DNA of 64,000 bases from Salpingoeca rosetta (GCA_033442325.1 JAWQFM010000015.1:435735-499734); one strand, 5' to 3'; counted from the stretch's first letter, positions 14,501-28,681 are shown. Made by a program: numbers and translations. Notes: generated by a model from the sequence alone, not told the origin.

Positions 14501-16075
14501 CCCTGGTGGAGGACGTCGCGAAGAGCATCAAAGGTGGAGTTGAGCCCGCGCGGGGCAACGTCGTTCAGGTACTGCCCAACCTCCTTCAGAAACGCAACAG
14601 CAACCTCGATGCTGCGCACATCGAGCATGGGGCGCGAACCGGTCAACTGGTAAGCAAATGGCCAAGACTAAACGTGCTCATTCACATGTGAAACAGCCTG
14701 CCACGTACGCATCCACAACCAACAACAGCGCGTCACCGTCGCCGTTATTACCACTGCCATCTCCATCGCCGCCATAATCAATCACGAGTGTGACAGCAGA
14801 CCGCACCTGTCGTCGGTGGCGTGCTCCAGCAGCAGCGCAAGGATCTCAAGCGCAAGAATCTCGTGCGCAACCTGCAGCATGCACATGGCAGCAGCGCCAA
14901 TGGTGATGGTGGTGATGGTGGTAATGATGGTGAGAACGCGACGGTAGAGCAGCAGTGTACGCAAACACGCAACCAACCACACGTGTATGCAATCACAAGC
15001 AGTCGCTTGAAACCACGCAGCAACACACGCTACCGCTCCACCCTTCTGCTTCCACAGCACCTGCTGGTTGATGAGGTGTGCAATGAAGCGTGCTGTGTTG
15101 AGGCAGGTGAGCTTGTCGTTGAGACGGTAGCGCTTGCGAAACTGCAGCACCAGACGCGACAGGATAAGTTTCCCGACAGACGGCAGCTTCGTGTTCACGA
15201 CAGCAACGAGCCCCGCGTACACGTGCGTGAACGTGGGCGACGAGGCTTGCGCCTGAATGTGGAAGCCAGGAGATGAAATGTGACGCGTGGGAAAGAAAGA
15301 GAGAAGCGAGGGGTTGCGTTGGATGGATTGTGTGGATTGAAGTGAGCAAGGGGGAGAGGAAGCAAAGGTTATACTACTGCGCTGCACATATATGCACACG
15401 CATCCATGTACACGTATTCATGCACACACACATAAGTGTACACCCGCTCACACCCGCTCACACCGACCTTCATGCAGGATCGAGCAAAGAGGCCGCGACC
15501 GCGGACGAGATTGGCGCCAAAGAGATCAACGACAATCGACTGAATGTTCGACACGTTCACTTTGTTGATGAACCCATTGATCTGCTTTCGCAGCGTCTGC
15601 CACGCGAGGCCTGCGCAGTACAGCGCGAGGAAGAGGAAGAGTGTGTGAGCGCATGTGCGGGTGAGCGTGTGTGTAAATGTGTGCATGTATGCGTGTATGT
15701 GTATGTGTATGTGTATGTGTGCATGTGCGTGTTTGTGTGGTTGCGCAAAGCACACAAACCATAAATGCTACACGACGCACGGCACATACGTTGATACTCC
15801 TTGGAGCTCTTGTCTGTGATGTTCTGCTGCATTGCGCGCAGGCGGGCGGGCGGGATGTACGCGCCACCTGGACAGCACGGATGAAGGTCGAGACGAAGTG
15901 AGCCAGGGGAAGCCAAAGTACAAGGCAGCGGGAAGAAGACATATGGCTGCTCACGCAGGTGTGGCTGCTCACGCAGGTGTCGGCAAAACAAGCACTCCTG
16001 TACTCAACACTATCATGCGCACACATGGACACAAACCCAAACCCACACACGAACAACATCCCCACCCCCACCGCA

Positions 16076-16149
<74 letters not shown>

Positions 16150-16974
16150 GCGCGAGTCATGATTGGGTTGGGCTCTGTCTTTGTCTTGCCACGCTTGCGA
16201 GCAAGCTCCTGAGGGTCTGGCTCTGCGCGTTCCTTTGAGCCGCGGTGATGGCGGCGGTGGCGAGGCGACCGGCTGCGGCTGCGGCTGCGGCTGCGGCTGC
16301 TGCGCTTACTGCGGCGACGCTGGTGACGCCGCTTCTCATCCTTCTTTCCGCCATCGCTGTCACTGTCGCTCGAGGAGCTGCTGCTACCACTGCTGCTGCT
16401 GCTGCTGCTGCTGCCGCTTGAGCCAGAGCTGCCGGACCTGCGACCGCGCTCCTTCTTTGTGTGTCGGCGACGGCGTGCACGCTCCGGTGTTGGCGACTTG
16501 GCGGCTGCAGGAGCCGATGCCTCTGCGGGCGCCTCTGATGCTGGCTTTGCATCGCGGGAAGTGGAATCCTCACCCTCGGCACCAGTCGTGGTGGCTGTGG
16601 CCTCTGCTGGTTTCACGTCCTTTGGTGGACGATCTTCACTGACACGGCGTCTGGTGCGCTTGCCCTCATCGCCACTGCTGTTGCTGCTGCTGCTGCTGCC
16701 GGAAGAAGACGAGGAGGAGGAGGAAGAAGATGCAGAGCGCCTGCGACGACGCCTTTCCCTTGAGACAGAGACACAAAGACACACACACACACAGACACAC
16801 ACACACCACAACCACACAGCATTGAGCAGGACAGCAACAAGAAGCGTGAGCGCATCGCTCGAGATCAAGCACAGGCCACTGACGACACACCAATCCCAAA
16901 ACACACACACCCCTTGCCACACGTTCCACTCTTCTGTTGGTGCGAGCCATCACACACCTTTCGTCGCCAGACAT
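11557..16974 (-). CDS. CWC22: Pre-mRNA splicing factor CWC22 (MIF4G + MA3, RS-rich termini)
   Basis: Exons 16974-16958, 16758-16148, 15867-15790, 15610-15468, 15252-15061, 14871-14807, 14611-14497, 14229-14005, 13719-13465, 13246-13109, 12911-11782, 11596-11557. Signatures: [69 protein letters not shown]. Confidence 0.95.
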
Positions 16975-17280
16975 GGTGTATGACGATTCCTGTACGCGGA
17001 AACAGCGTGCGATCCAAGCAGCCTTCGCCCAATCCCGTCAACACAGAGCCAACCAGTGATGTATGTGCTAACGTGACCGAGACACACAGGTGAACGAACG
17101 CAGTTGCTGCCTCCCTTCTGTATCCACAACGTCTCTCTGCTTTTGCCTTCTTGTTCGCTGAAGCAGAAAATCGGGGAACGTGTGCGTGGTAAAGAATTGT
17201 CGTTGAAGATGTACGTAATTTTCTGTTGTTGGCTCTCAGGTGCGCTGCTTGCGATGCAAGAGAGACTGGTGCAACTGGTG

Positions 17281-17500
<220 letters not shown>

Positions 17501-17759
17501 GAGCACATGTACGTGCAGGATATGTGCGCGATAGGCAACGTGTGAGCGCACAAATCACGCGTGCGCAGCTAGTGCGTGGCACTTGACAATACGTTGGCTG
17601 ACAAGAGCAACAAAGCAGATGTAGACGTGTGCTGTGCCATCCAGCGCGGTCATGCACGCACGCTCACCGCCGGTTCTCCCGCTGCACTGTTATTTCAGGT
17701 GTTTTGTGGTCCGTGCTTGCCTTTCCCCGTCTCCAGTGTCATCTTTTTCCCCCGACAAC

Positions 17760-17990
17760 ATGAGCAAACTTGTTGAGCAACTCCTTGGCGTCGTCTTCGC
17801 CGAGCCAGAGGAGAAGGTGTGCCTGGGTGTGTCTGTGTCTGCGTGGGTCTGTGTGCGTGTCTCTGTGTGTGTCTGTGTCTGTGTGTCAGTCTGTGGTTTT
17901 TGTGTTCATGCTGAAGTCACTGAACACATGCGCCAACGTCACTGGTACAACTGGCTGCCGCCATTCCACCACACAAGCTCACACTGACAC

Positions 17991-18029
<39 letters not shown>

Positions 18030-18315
18030 AACACCAGGAGGATCCTCCAGCGGACGAGGGTGCCGAGGAGGAAGAGGACGAGGATGATGAGGATGAGGAC
18101 GAGGAGGAGATTGAGGACCCACTTGTTGAGATCCGCAGCAAGTGCGAGGGCCACTGCCCACAGCTCAAGGCCGAGCTTGAGAAGTGTGCCGCCCGTGTCT
18201 CGTCCCGCAGCAACACCGAGGAGACGTGCACCCAGGAGCTCTTTGACTTTCTGCACTGCGTCGACCACTGCGTACGTTTCCCAAGACGCGGCAAACCAAG
18301 CGGGGGGTGGGGTTG

Positions 18316-18365
<50 letters not shown>

Positions 18366-18640
18366 GCGTGCGTGTGAAGACCATGTGTGCCTGTGTGTAT
18401 CATATGTGTGTGCGTCTGTGTGTAACTGTCTGTCTGTGAAGACCATGTGTGTGTCTGTGTGGGTGGGTGTGACTGCACATAAGGAACAAATGCACAGCGC
18501 TGATGTCAGTGTTGCACGCTCCGTTCCTGTTCCTTTTCCTCACAACTCATCATCATCACCAACAAACACACACATACACACACACCTATACACGCCTGCG
18601 CATGCAGGTGTCGGAAGAGTTGTTCAAGCACCTGAAGTAG
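17760..18640 (+). CDS. UQCRH: Cytochrome b-c1 complex subunit 6 (hinge protein)
   Basis: Exons 17760-17816, 18038-18271, 18608-18640. Acidic N-terminus followed by [56 protein letters not shown]. Confidence 0.95.
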
Positions 18641-19502
18641 AGGGCTGGTGGCTGCTGCTGCCGCCGTCGCTTTGACTCTAGTTCGCACCAGAGCGCCATT
18701 CGTTCTCTGGCACATGCAAACCCACCCCCTCCCACCTCCTTTCCTTCTTCTCTCCAAGCACCCCCCCCCCCCCTTCACCCTTTAATCTCCTCCACGACAC
18801 GATATGCATCCATCCTCCATGGCGCGTGCAGCCCTCTATCCGTCCCATCTGTGCATGTGTGTTCGTTCGTTCATGTATGTGTGTGTTTGGTGGTTGTGTG
18901 TCTTGCTTCTGTTGTGGAAGCGTTAACGTGTGTGAATCGAAGCTTGCGCGTGTATGTGTGTGTGTTTTTGTGTGAGATGTCGGTTTCCAACGTGTATTGT
19001 ACGTGTGTGACTCCTGTGTGCTTCTGTGCATGTGTTCAAGCAAGTAATGAACGAGTAAACCCGCCGTTCACACGCTGTTCGCCAGATATCATCAACATGG
19101 CACAATTGCGCCTGCTTTTATTCACTCAAAAGCCAAGCAAACAACAAGCAAGACATGCACTTGCTCATTCGCACACACACACGCACACGCACACACACGC
19201 GCACGCACACACACGCACACACACACGACAACCAGACACAGGCGCCAACATTTTGCGCTTTGCCTCTCTCTGTTTCTGCTTCTCTGCTCGGCCATTCACA
19301 AGTGCACAGCCACGGTCGTGTGGCATCACACACCGTTGCTCGCGCATGGACACAAGTCGACAGAACATGCACAGGGCACACACCCACACGTCCGCACCAA
19401 CGCCACTACACATCAAACACAACCAACACGCTAACAGATCGACACGTGCGCGCACGCACTCCCAACATGTTTGTTCCTCCGCCCGCTCCTGTGCTGATTC
19501 GT

Positions 19503-20296
19503 TTAGCGCCGGCCAAGCCCCCTGCCGCGACCACGACCGCCGCTCGGCGCACCGCCGCGACCAGCAGCCTTAGCGGCAGCTACAGCAGCAGACGAACGAC
19601 AGTGTGTGTGCGTGTGTGTATGTGTGTATGTGTGTGTGCGTGTGTGCGTGTGTGTGTGTGTGAAGGAGTGGGCACGCTAAAGGGATCAGAAAGAGCAAAC
19701 GTACGGCAACAAATGCAGGTACTGATAGTGTACAAGCATGCACATGCATGAGTGTACAGCTGTGCTTGTGGTTGATTCCGTTGAGGCTGCATACCTTTTG
19801 CCTTGAGGATGCCAGCCTTGCCAACACCGACAGCGGCGCCCTTTGCCCTCTTGAAGAATGGTGCGTTCTTCAGCATATCAGGAAGCACGAAGAACCTGGG
19901 CAGATGTGCGCGATGACGAGGGGTAAGATAAGGTAACAGCCACAACTTGGACCAACCACAACTCGCAGCCATGTCGAACACGCACACACGCACACACGCA
20001 CACACGCACACATGCACACACGCACACACGCACACATGCACACACGCACACATGCACACACGCACAAACGCACACACTTTCCCTCTCCCCCCCCCTTGCT
20101 GCTCTATCGAGCAATGGAAAGTATGCAGGTTGCAACTCACTTGATTTTGCTGCCGCGAATGTACACGGTGTCGAGCTGTGTGACCTGGCCATCGCGGGCT
20201 GTGAAGGTGACGTCCCGCATTTGCGAGTTCATGTTGTCCTCAGCCTGACATTAAAACGGACCATAGAAGAGTTGAGCATCGCGCATCGTGAGTGTG

Positions 20297-20360
<64 letters not shown>

Positions 20361-20539
20361 CGGTGTGGCAGCATCACTGCGCTCAGAAGAGTCCAACGTG
20401 CACATGATGTCAGTGTTCACCACCATCGCCTGACCTCGATCAGCTTGCCGCGGTACATCTCGCCGTTCTTCAGCTCAATTGTGATGGTATGGCCCTCGGC
20501 CTCGTGCATCAACTTCACGGGTACGCTCACGCCAGACAT
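19503..20539 (-). CDS. SNRPD3: Small nuclear ribonucleoprotein Sm D3
   Basis: Exons 20539-20435, 20244-20141, 19895-19795, 19579-19503. [61 protein letters not shown] plus an RG-rich tail. Confidence 0.96.
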
Positions 20540-20921
20540 GGTGCTGTCGTCTGTGTATGTGTGTGTGTGTGAAGGGTGCCTTGTGGAGAACTGTGTGGGT
20601 GCGTGGGTGGATGGGTGGATGCGTGTGCAGTGGCTGGCTGGCTGGGGTCGTTCGTTGTCGTCTGTCTCCGTCGTGCGCTCACAAATGGACAATTTGTTGA
20701 CATCTTTATCTATATTTCGTCAATCGTTCGCTCAGATTTTTTATTCTGTCGCGGATGGCTGTGGACGCGGCGGATGATGTGAGTGTCTCGCATTGTCTTG
20801 TCTCGCTTCCTCTCTTGACCCTGTTCTCCCCCTCCCTCTCCCTCCCTCTCCCTCCCTCTCCCTCCCTCTCCCTCCCTCCCTCCTCTCTCTCTCTCTCTGT
20901 CCCTCTGTCACATCAAGCGAG

Positions 20922-22259
20922 CTACAGCTTCTTCTTCTTCGCAGCAGGTCGATCAAAGTCCTGCGTGTGTGTGTGTGTGCGTGTGTGTGTGTGTGTGTGC
21001 GTGTGCGTGTGTGCGCGCGTGTGTTTATGCGAGAGGTGAGCTCAGTGGGTGGCGTTCGAGGTAGCAGGGCAGAATAGAAGAAAAAAACGACGGATGGCCA
21101 AGCAGCGGTTGGTCAGTGAACACTTGCCTGCTTATGGCCACCCAGTTTTGCCATGGTCTTCTCAACCAACTTTTTATCCTGAAACCACGGCGCAGACCTG
21201 TGCAAGGCGGATGCACAACAAGTGAGGAGAGGTGGCAAGGGGTGAGGACAGAAATCAATTGGTGGCGTTTCCGCAGTCGTCCATGCAGGTGACATTGATC
21301 ATGCCGGCTTGTGATATCACACTCACACACTCACTCAATCACACACACTCACGCACACACACACACACTCACTCACACACACACACACTCACACACTCTC
21401 TCACACACACACACGCACACACACACTCTCGCTCTCTCTCACACACACACACACATATGCACAGTACCTGTCTGTTGTGTCTTGGTCTGCAAGATGTGTG
21501 TATTTTGTGCGACCCATGCGTCCAAAGTTCTTAACCTGCAATGACGGAGAGGGCAGGTGGTGTGATGAGAGGAGAAGGGATCAATCATGACACCAATACA
21601 CATGCACACACGTACACACGCACACGCGCACACACGTACACACGCACACGCGCACACATGCACGCGTACACACACACACACACACGCGCGCGCGCGCATA
21701 CGCACAGACATGCGCGCATACGCAGACATACACGCATACACGCGTACCTGCATGACTTTTGGCAGTACGGTCTTGTCAAATTTGTCCTCGAGTGTCGGCG
21801 CAGTGACATCTCGCTTGAACAGCTGTTGTCGAGGCAGCGGTGGACAGCGGTGGGCAGTTCAAGAGGTTTCGGGGTCACAACAAGTGATGTGCGCAGGCAG
21901 GCATGCGTACGTGTACGTGAAACACACACGAACCACAACATACACAGGCACACTTGCCCAAAAAAAAACACACGCGAGCATACACATCAACCAAAACAAA
22001 CACAGCAACTGAGCAAGCAAACAGACAACACACAAACACAACTGAATACACACACACACACACACACAGACATGAACACACACACATGCAGCTGCTGACC
22101 TCGCTGTCCTCGTCTTGGAAGAAAGCGCCCTTGTGGTAGTACTTCTGCATGAAGCCCATCTTGCCCTTGTCGGCCTTGTTTGTCACCAGCTTGGGGTTGG
22201 CCTTGAAATACTCTTCCCGCTCCTCCTCCGTCATCGCGTGCACCCGCTCAACCTCAAAG

Positions 22260-22357
<98 letters not shown>

Positions 22358-22643
22358 AGTGTGATGATTGTGAGCAATCCTCCGCAAATCTCACTGCTGT
22401 CAAGAAAACCACCACCACCAGCACGATTGCCTGCAGGCCGTTATTTTTTCACCGTTCGCGCTCCATGGCATCCCGTTCCTCGCGGTCACGCTTGATCCGC
22501 TTCAGCTCGCGCAGCTGCGGTCGTGATGGTGGTGGTGGTCGTCGTGGTGGTGGTGGTGCAACATGGTGAGATGAAGTTTGCGAGCACTAGAGTCAATGAC
22601 TCGAGCTCTCGACCATACATCAATGAGCAAACAAGACCCCTTT

Positions 22644-22727
<84 letters not shown>

Positions 22728-23541
22728 ACACCGCCAGCGACTTGCCGACCTTCCAGTGCTCGAATTCCTCCTCCTTATTGGCCGTCTCGTCATCGTCATC
22801 AACAAAGTTGATCTGGCTCGCCTCAAGCTCCTCCTGCACCACCACGAGCAGCAGTAGCACCAGCAGTAGCACGGCAGATGGTGATGGGGTGAGATGGGTG
22901 CAGGACTTGAATGACATGGTGGGATGTCATTGATGAGGGCGGTGGGACACTAACACGGCAAGCGTGAACGACATTGTGGTCAACGCGTCAGCAAGAAGAA
23001 AAAAACAAAAACAAATGCGCAACCGCTATTCTTGTGAGCGAACCTGCATCTCCTGCTGGACGGTTGATTCGATGAAACCACGCAGCTCTTTCCGTTGCTC
23101 TGCACAGACGCGCGGGGTGTTGCAGCAGAGGGAGAGACCAATCATGAGCACGACTACCACGACCACAAAATATGGAAACGCACACGCACACACACACACA
23201 CACACACACCACCACCACCACCTTCAAAACTGTGCAGGGCCACGCCATACCCTCTTGTTGTATTTGCAGGGCCTCCAGCCGCTCCTCCTCGCGAGCAAAG
23301 CGCTCCTCCTCCTCCAACTTGGTCAACCGCTTGTCCCTGCGCAGCGCAAGGGAACAAGGGGTGGTGTGGTGGTAAGGTTTGGTGAGGAATTGCATGGTGG
23401 TTGGGGGTGGTGCATGATGCCTCCTCATTCAGTCTCGCACACACGAGCACGCGCACACACAGGAGCACACACGCGCACGCGCACACATGAGCACGCGCAC
23501 ACACAGGAGCACACACACACACATGAGCACACACACACAGG

Positions 23542-23576
<35 letters not shown>

Positions 23577-25962
23577 ATACACACACACGAGCACACACAC
23601 ACACACACACACAGCGCAGGACCAACGTACTTCTTGACGAAGACGGGTTTGAATATGGGCCGCGTGTCGTCTTCGCTCTCAGACTCTGTGTACGACTCGT
23701 ACTCGCTGCTCTCCTCGTCACTCTCATCATCATCACCGCCACCGCCACTGCCTGCACGTGGTCGCCGTGCCTGTCGTTCGGTGTCCTCGTCCTCGTCGTC
23801 GCTGCTGCCAACGACCTCTGCTGTCGGTTTCATGCGCAGCCGTTGCACCGCCGGACGCGACGACGCAACCTGCCCACCACCACCATCATCGCCATTACCA
23901 ACAGCAACAACAGCAGCAGCAGTAGTAGGCGTGCAAGAGTGAGCAGCATAGCAGAGATTTTAGGGGTGTTAAGGCTACATGTGCAGGTAAGTCGCACACG
24001 CACACACGCAAGCACGCACGCACACACGTACGCACACACACACACATATCTTCCAATCGACAGCAGCGCATCATGTGTATGTGCGCGTGGGTGTGGTTGA
24101 CGAGTGTTTGTATGCATTGGTGGCGAGCGAGCACGCCAGCACGCCACGGCACGTCACACCACGCCACACCACGTCACACCATCTCAACGCGCGTCCTCAC
24201 CTCCTCATCCAGCAAGTCTGTTTCTTCCTCCACCTCCTTTGCTCGCTCCCGTGCCCTTGCCAAAAGCCTGATAGACACAAACACACACAAACACGCACAA
24301 ATGTACACAAGCACACACAAACACACAAATGCGCGCGCGCATGACCAATGTTGGCAGTGTGGGATCAAGCGGTGAGGAAATGCGATGAAGGGCGTGTGCA
24401 TGCATGTGTGTCGTTGCACTCGGTACATACACGCGTGCATGCACGCAGCATTGCTGACATGTGGTTCCAACCGCAAATACTCACAGCAGCAACTCACACC
24501 AAGCATGACGAACGTCAACCACAGCCACAGCAAGAAGAGGCATCAGCATGTGTGTGCATATGGGTGACGTACCTTGCTCGCCGCGCTGCGATTGCATCCT
24601 CGTCCTCTGATTCTGACTCGCTCTCTTCCTCCACAACCTCCGCAACGGCCTGATGGGTTGGTTGGTGCATTGGTTGGTTGGTGATGTCGATTGTGTAGCG
24701 TAGCAAATGGGACAGCTGATGAGCAGCTGCAACAAGCGTAGGATGGGCGCTTTCACACACACACGCGCATGCACACACGCATGCACACACACACACGCAT
24801 GCACACACACACACACATGCACACACACGCGCATGCGCACACCCCTACACGTACAGGGCGGCGGTGCTGCACCCCTTCCTGCCCCTCGTCATCACTCTCG
24901 GCCTAATCGTGGTCGTGGTCATGGTCGTGGTGGTGGCATATGAGGACAGACAGCCCAAGACAATACACCAACACGTGAGCATTCGAGCATAGTGGATGCG
25001 CACACAATCACACGCGCACATGCGCACACACGCGCACACGTACACATACGCAGACATGAAAACGCACACACACACCAACCTCGCGTTGCCTGAGTCTGGC
25101 CAGGCGGGCTGCTCTGTCGGTTGGCACGTGCGCCTGACGCAGCCGCTGCAACCGCCGGTCGTCAGACGTCTTCACCTGCTCAAGTGCGTGTGGGTGTGTT
25201 GGGGGGTGTGGGTGTGGGTGTGGGTGTGGGTGAGTGTTGTGCAATGAGGAATGCGTTAAGGGGGGGGGGTATGAAAATGGTCTGGCTTGGAAGTGAGCAC
25301 GTGTAGCGCGTGTTGTTGCATCCACACAAGGTGCGTCAAAACACACAAGCAGGCAAACACGAGCAAACACGCATCACGTCCAACTTGCCTCGCGATCAAG
25401 GTCCATGGTAAGCGGCTGTGACGTGGTCTGCTTCTTCTTTGTGCGCCTGTCCGATACAAAGACTTCGTCGGAATCATACTCGTCCTGTCGTGGCATGACG
25501 TGGACACGCACACACGCACATACGCACACGCAGGAGCACATGAGATGAGACAAAGCACAATGTCCGCCATCAGTTGAAAGTGAATGCAAGCACTGCACGC
25601 AATCCTTCACCTACATCATCGTCGTCGCGCGCATAGCTCGGGCGCATGCCGGCCTTGTACCTTTGTACTTTGACCTTTTGCATCACAATCTGTATCCAAG
25701 GATGACCCGCAGGTGCGGAAATGAGAAGACGGTCACGCGCTCCCTTGGTTGCACAGTGCCCACGTAACAGCTCACATCCAATGCACACACATACACACCA
25801 CACAGAGTATAACATAGCACACACACGCACGCAGCGTATACACAAACACACAACACATACGCAACACACATAGATACGCATGAACATGCACATCACGCGA
25901 ACCTCGCCCTTTTCATTCTTGATGGGAATAGCGCCAGCAGTGGCGCTGACTTTGGACGACAT
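20922..25962 (-). CDS. MFAP1: MFAP1 (spliceosomal B-complex protein)
   Basis: Exons 25962-25903, 25689-25615, 25484-25389, 25175-25080, 24902-24855, 24649-24573, 24267-24201, 23869-23631, 23336-23251, 23099-23044, 22833-22750, 22514-22453, (22396-22395, inferred), 22260-22100, 21822-21748, 21535-21468, 21197-21128, 20960-20922. Signatures: [77 protein letters not shown]. Confidence 0.93.
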
Positions 25963-26228
25963 TGCTACTTGTGCTTGCTCAAATGCTCGCAAAGCAACCT
26001 CCTCGCCAGTCGAACAATGAAACTGATGGACAGCAACGTGCGATGAGAGACAGTGCGACAACAGGGAGCTGGGTCAGTTGCCTTTCGTGGTCGTTTGCAG
26101 CCGCAGCTGGGTGGTTGGTCTTGCGGAATATTGACGATGTTATCCACTATTTTTCTACAATCACCACAGCCAACCAATCGCTGACACCACCACTGCTTGC
26201 CTGCTTTGCTTTGCTCGCTTGTCGTCGA
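25963..26228. promoter_or_regulatory. Probable bidirectional promoter (MFAP1 / DUF3228)
   Basis: Divergent start codons 266 nt apart. Inferred from geometry only. Confidence 0.5.
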
Positions 26229-28151
26229 ATGTATCTCCGACGCGCTCTGCTTGCTACGCCCCGTCTTCTCGCGACAGCACCTCGCACACTGGCAACGATG
26301 AGCGGTAAAGACCTCTTCTTCTTGGACGACTTTGCACTTCGCCAATTCAACGATGACTCCTACACCGGTGGGTGTTGTCGGTACATGCGTGTGCATGTGT
26401 TGGTGTGTGTGTGTGTTTGCGCACATGTAGCTACCTGTGTGTGTGTGTGTGTGTTTGTTTGTGTGCATCTTGTGTGTTTGCGCACATCTGCGTGTCCACC
26501 TGTGTGTGTGTGTGTGTGTCTGTGTGTGTCTGTGTGTGCTTCTGTGTCTATTTGCGTCCATCTGTGCGTCTGTGTGTGCATTGGTGCACAATGTACCAAA
26601 GTCTCCAGTGCAACCTCTCACAAACACTTTCGCACCAATATGCGCAGGCACGCGGCTGAAGGGCTCGCCAGAGGAGTTTGCCAAGAAGGTGAACGAGCTG
26701 TGCACGTCCGAGGAGGACCTGAAGCCCGGATATGCCCCTTTCTGCAAGCACGTCTTCGTGCCAAACTTTGTGGGAGCTCTATGCCCAGTCATCGCGATCA
26801 CACCGGAAGTGGAACCTCTCATCGTCACCGCATACAAGGCCCGCACCGAGAAGGCGAGCAGCACTTGCCTTTGCCCCTGCAGCGACTTGTTTACGTGCAT
26901 GCACGCACGATCATTCGCTCGCATGCACAAACACTTGAGGTTGCGTTCTCTAATTACTCGCGCACGCCATCGCACTCCAACACACGCACACACGCACGTC
27001 TCTTCTGACAGGAGCTGCCGGTGCTGACGCGCTGGGTGCCTGCAGAGAAGTACGAGGCCAAGCCCGCCAAGATGCTCGACGTCATCCTCTACAGGTGGTC
27101 TATCTGCTGGTGTAGTTGTCTGTGTGTGCACGCGCGTGTGTGTGTGTGTGTATGTGATGTGTATGTGTATGTGCGTGTGTGTGTGTATGTGTGTGTGTGT
27201 GTGTCCAAAACCCTCACCCTTTCACCTTGTCTCTGCTTGCGTAATGTGTTGTTCGCTCCTCTCAAACCCCCCCCCCGCCGCCGCCTCTCCTGTCCCACCG
27301 TCCGGTTGTGCGTGCGTGCAGCCGAGAGCAGGTCATTGAGGAGCGCAAGGCCATGGGCATTGAGGGCGACGTCCCAGACTGCCCGTGGGGCATCATCAGC
27401 GTCAAGGCCCAGGTAGGGGTTGCAGTGGCGGCGGCAGCCGTGGTGTTGTGGAAGACAGGGTGTGGAGGGTAGGGTACACGCGCGCACAATTTGCTCCGTG
27501 TGTGTGTTACGCACACATACACACACGCGCACACATGTTTGCTCACGCGCACACACGCTCACACACACGCACGCACGCACACACACGCACGCACACACAC
27601 ACACGTATGCACACGCTCACACGCTCACACGCTCACACACGCTCACACACACACGTATACACACACACACACGTATGCACGTTTTCCTCTCACGCTTGTG
27701 TCACTTACATTGCGCGCCCCACCTCGAATACAGGATGAATCGTATGAAACGCCCATGCAGCCCATTACAATGTTGCGGAATGCACTTGGCAAAGAGGAAG
27801 GTGGATCCGGCGTTCCACTTGACAGGTGTGGTGCAATCATGTGATGAAGACAGGGACTGATTGTCGCGGCTGTGGTATTCAGCAGTGTTTGCTTGCTCCA
27901 ACGTTTTCGACTCACACGCACGCGCGTGCGCTCATACACACTCACTCACTCACCCACTCACTCGCTCACTCACTCACTCACTCACTCACTCACTCACTCA
28001 CTCACTCACTCACTCACTGACCTACTCTCTCGCTCACCCATGCGCAAACACACGCGTCTGCGCTCTGGTTTCCACACTTGCTTACGACGAGTGCAGGGAG
28101 AAGTACCTTGAGTCTGTCGCGTACTGGAGCAAGCATGTGCCGCTTGCATAA
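26229..28151 (+). CDS. DUF3228 family protein with N-terminal presequence-like extension
   Basis: Exons 26229-26367, 26648-26853, 27012-27094, 27322-27412, 27734-27825, 28097-28151. Motifs: LDDFALRQF, GYAPFCKHVFVPNF, YKARTEKELPVLTRW, LDVILYSREQ, WGIISVKAQ, PMQPITMLRNALGKEEGGSGVPLDREKYLESVAYW. Confidence 0.88.
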
Positions 28152-28681
28152 GACGTCCACCCACCGCTCCTTCTAATGACTTTGCACCAACATACCAGCT
28201 GTCAACGGGCCTTGAGTACGATCATCAAGACACAAAGACACAAAGACACAAAAATGAATCCTGTCATCATCCTCAGTGTGAAGAAGGACAGCAGAAATAT
28301 CAGCAAGGGCTCAGAACTCGAATAGGAGAGTGCCCAACGCAGGGGTAACAAAGAGATGGGTGACAGACGAGGAGGCGCGTTTATGAGGACACGTGTGAGT
28401 CTACCGTGTTAGATGTGAGGCGACAAGAGGAGGACGAGCGAGACAAACAGTTTCAAGCGAACTCCCTTGAGCCCTTGGGCAGTCCACGGTGTTGCTGCCT
28501 CACGAAAGACTTTCGCAGTTTTCCTCTGGCCCCTGCAGGTCAAACCCAGGTCTTTTGTGATTTGTTGATTTGTGCTTTGATTTGGTTTTCAGAGCCAGAA
28601 GTTACACACCTCCAAACCTCACCAGCTCACCAGCGCGCACGAAGCCTTCAACACTAGGACACCGAGGAGGCAGCCGCAACA

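Noticed and set aside
22261-22452. MFAP1 as a frameshifted pseudogene
   Set aside because: All other exons are intact and conserved; a microexon or a one-base error explains the junction.
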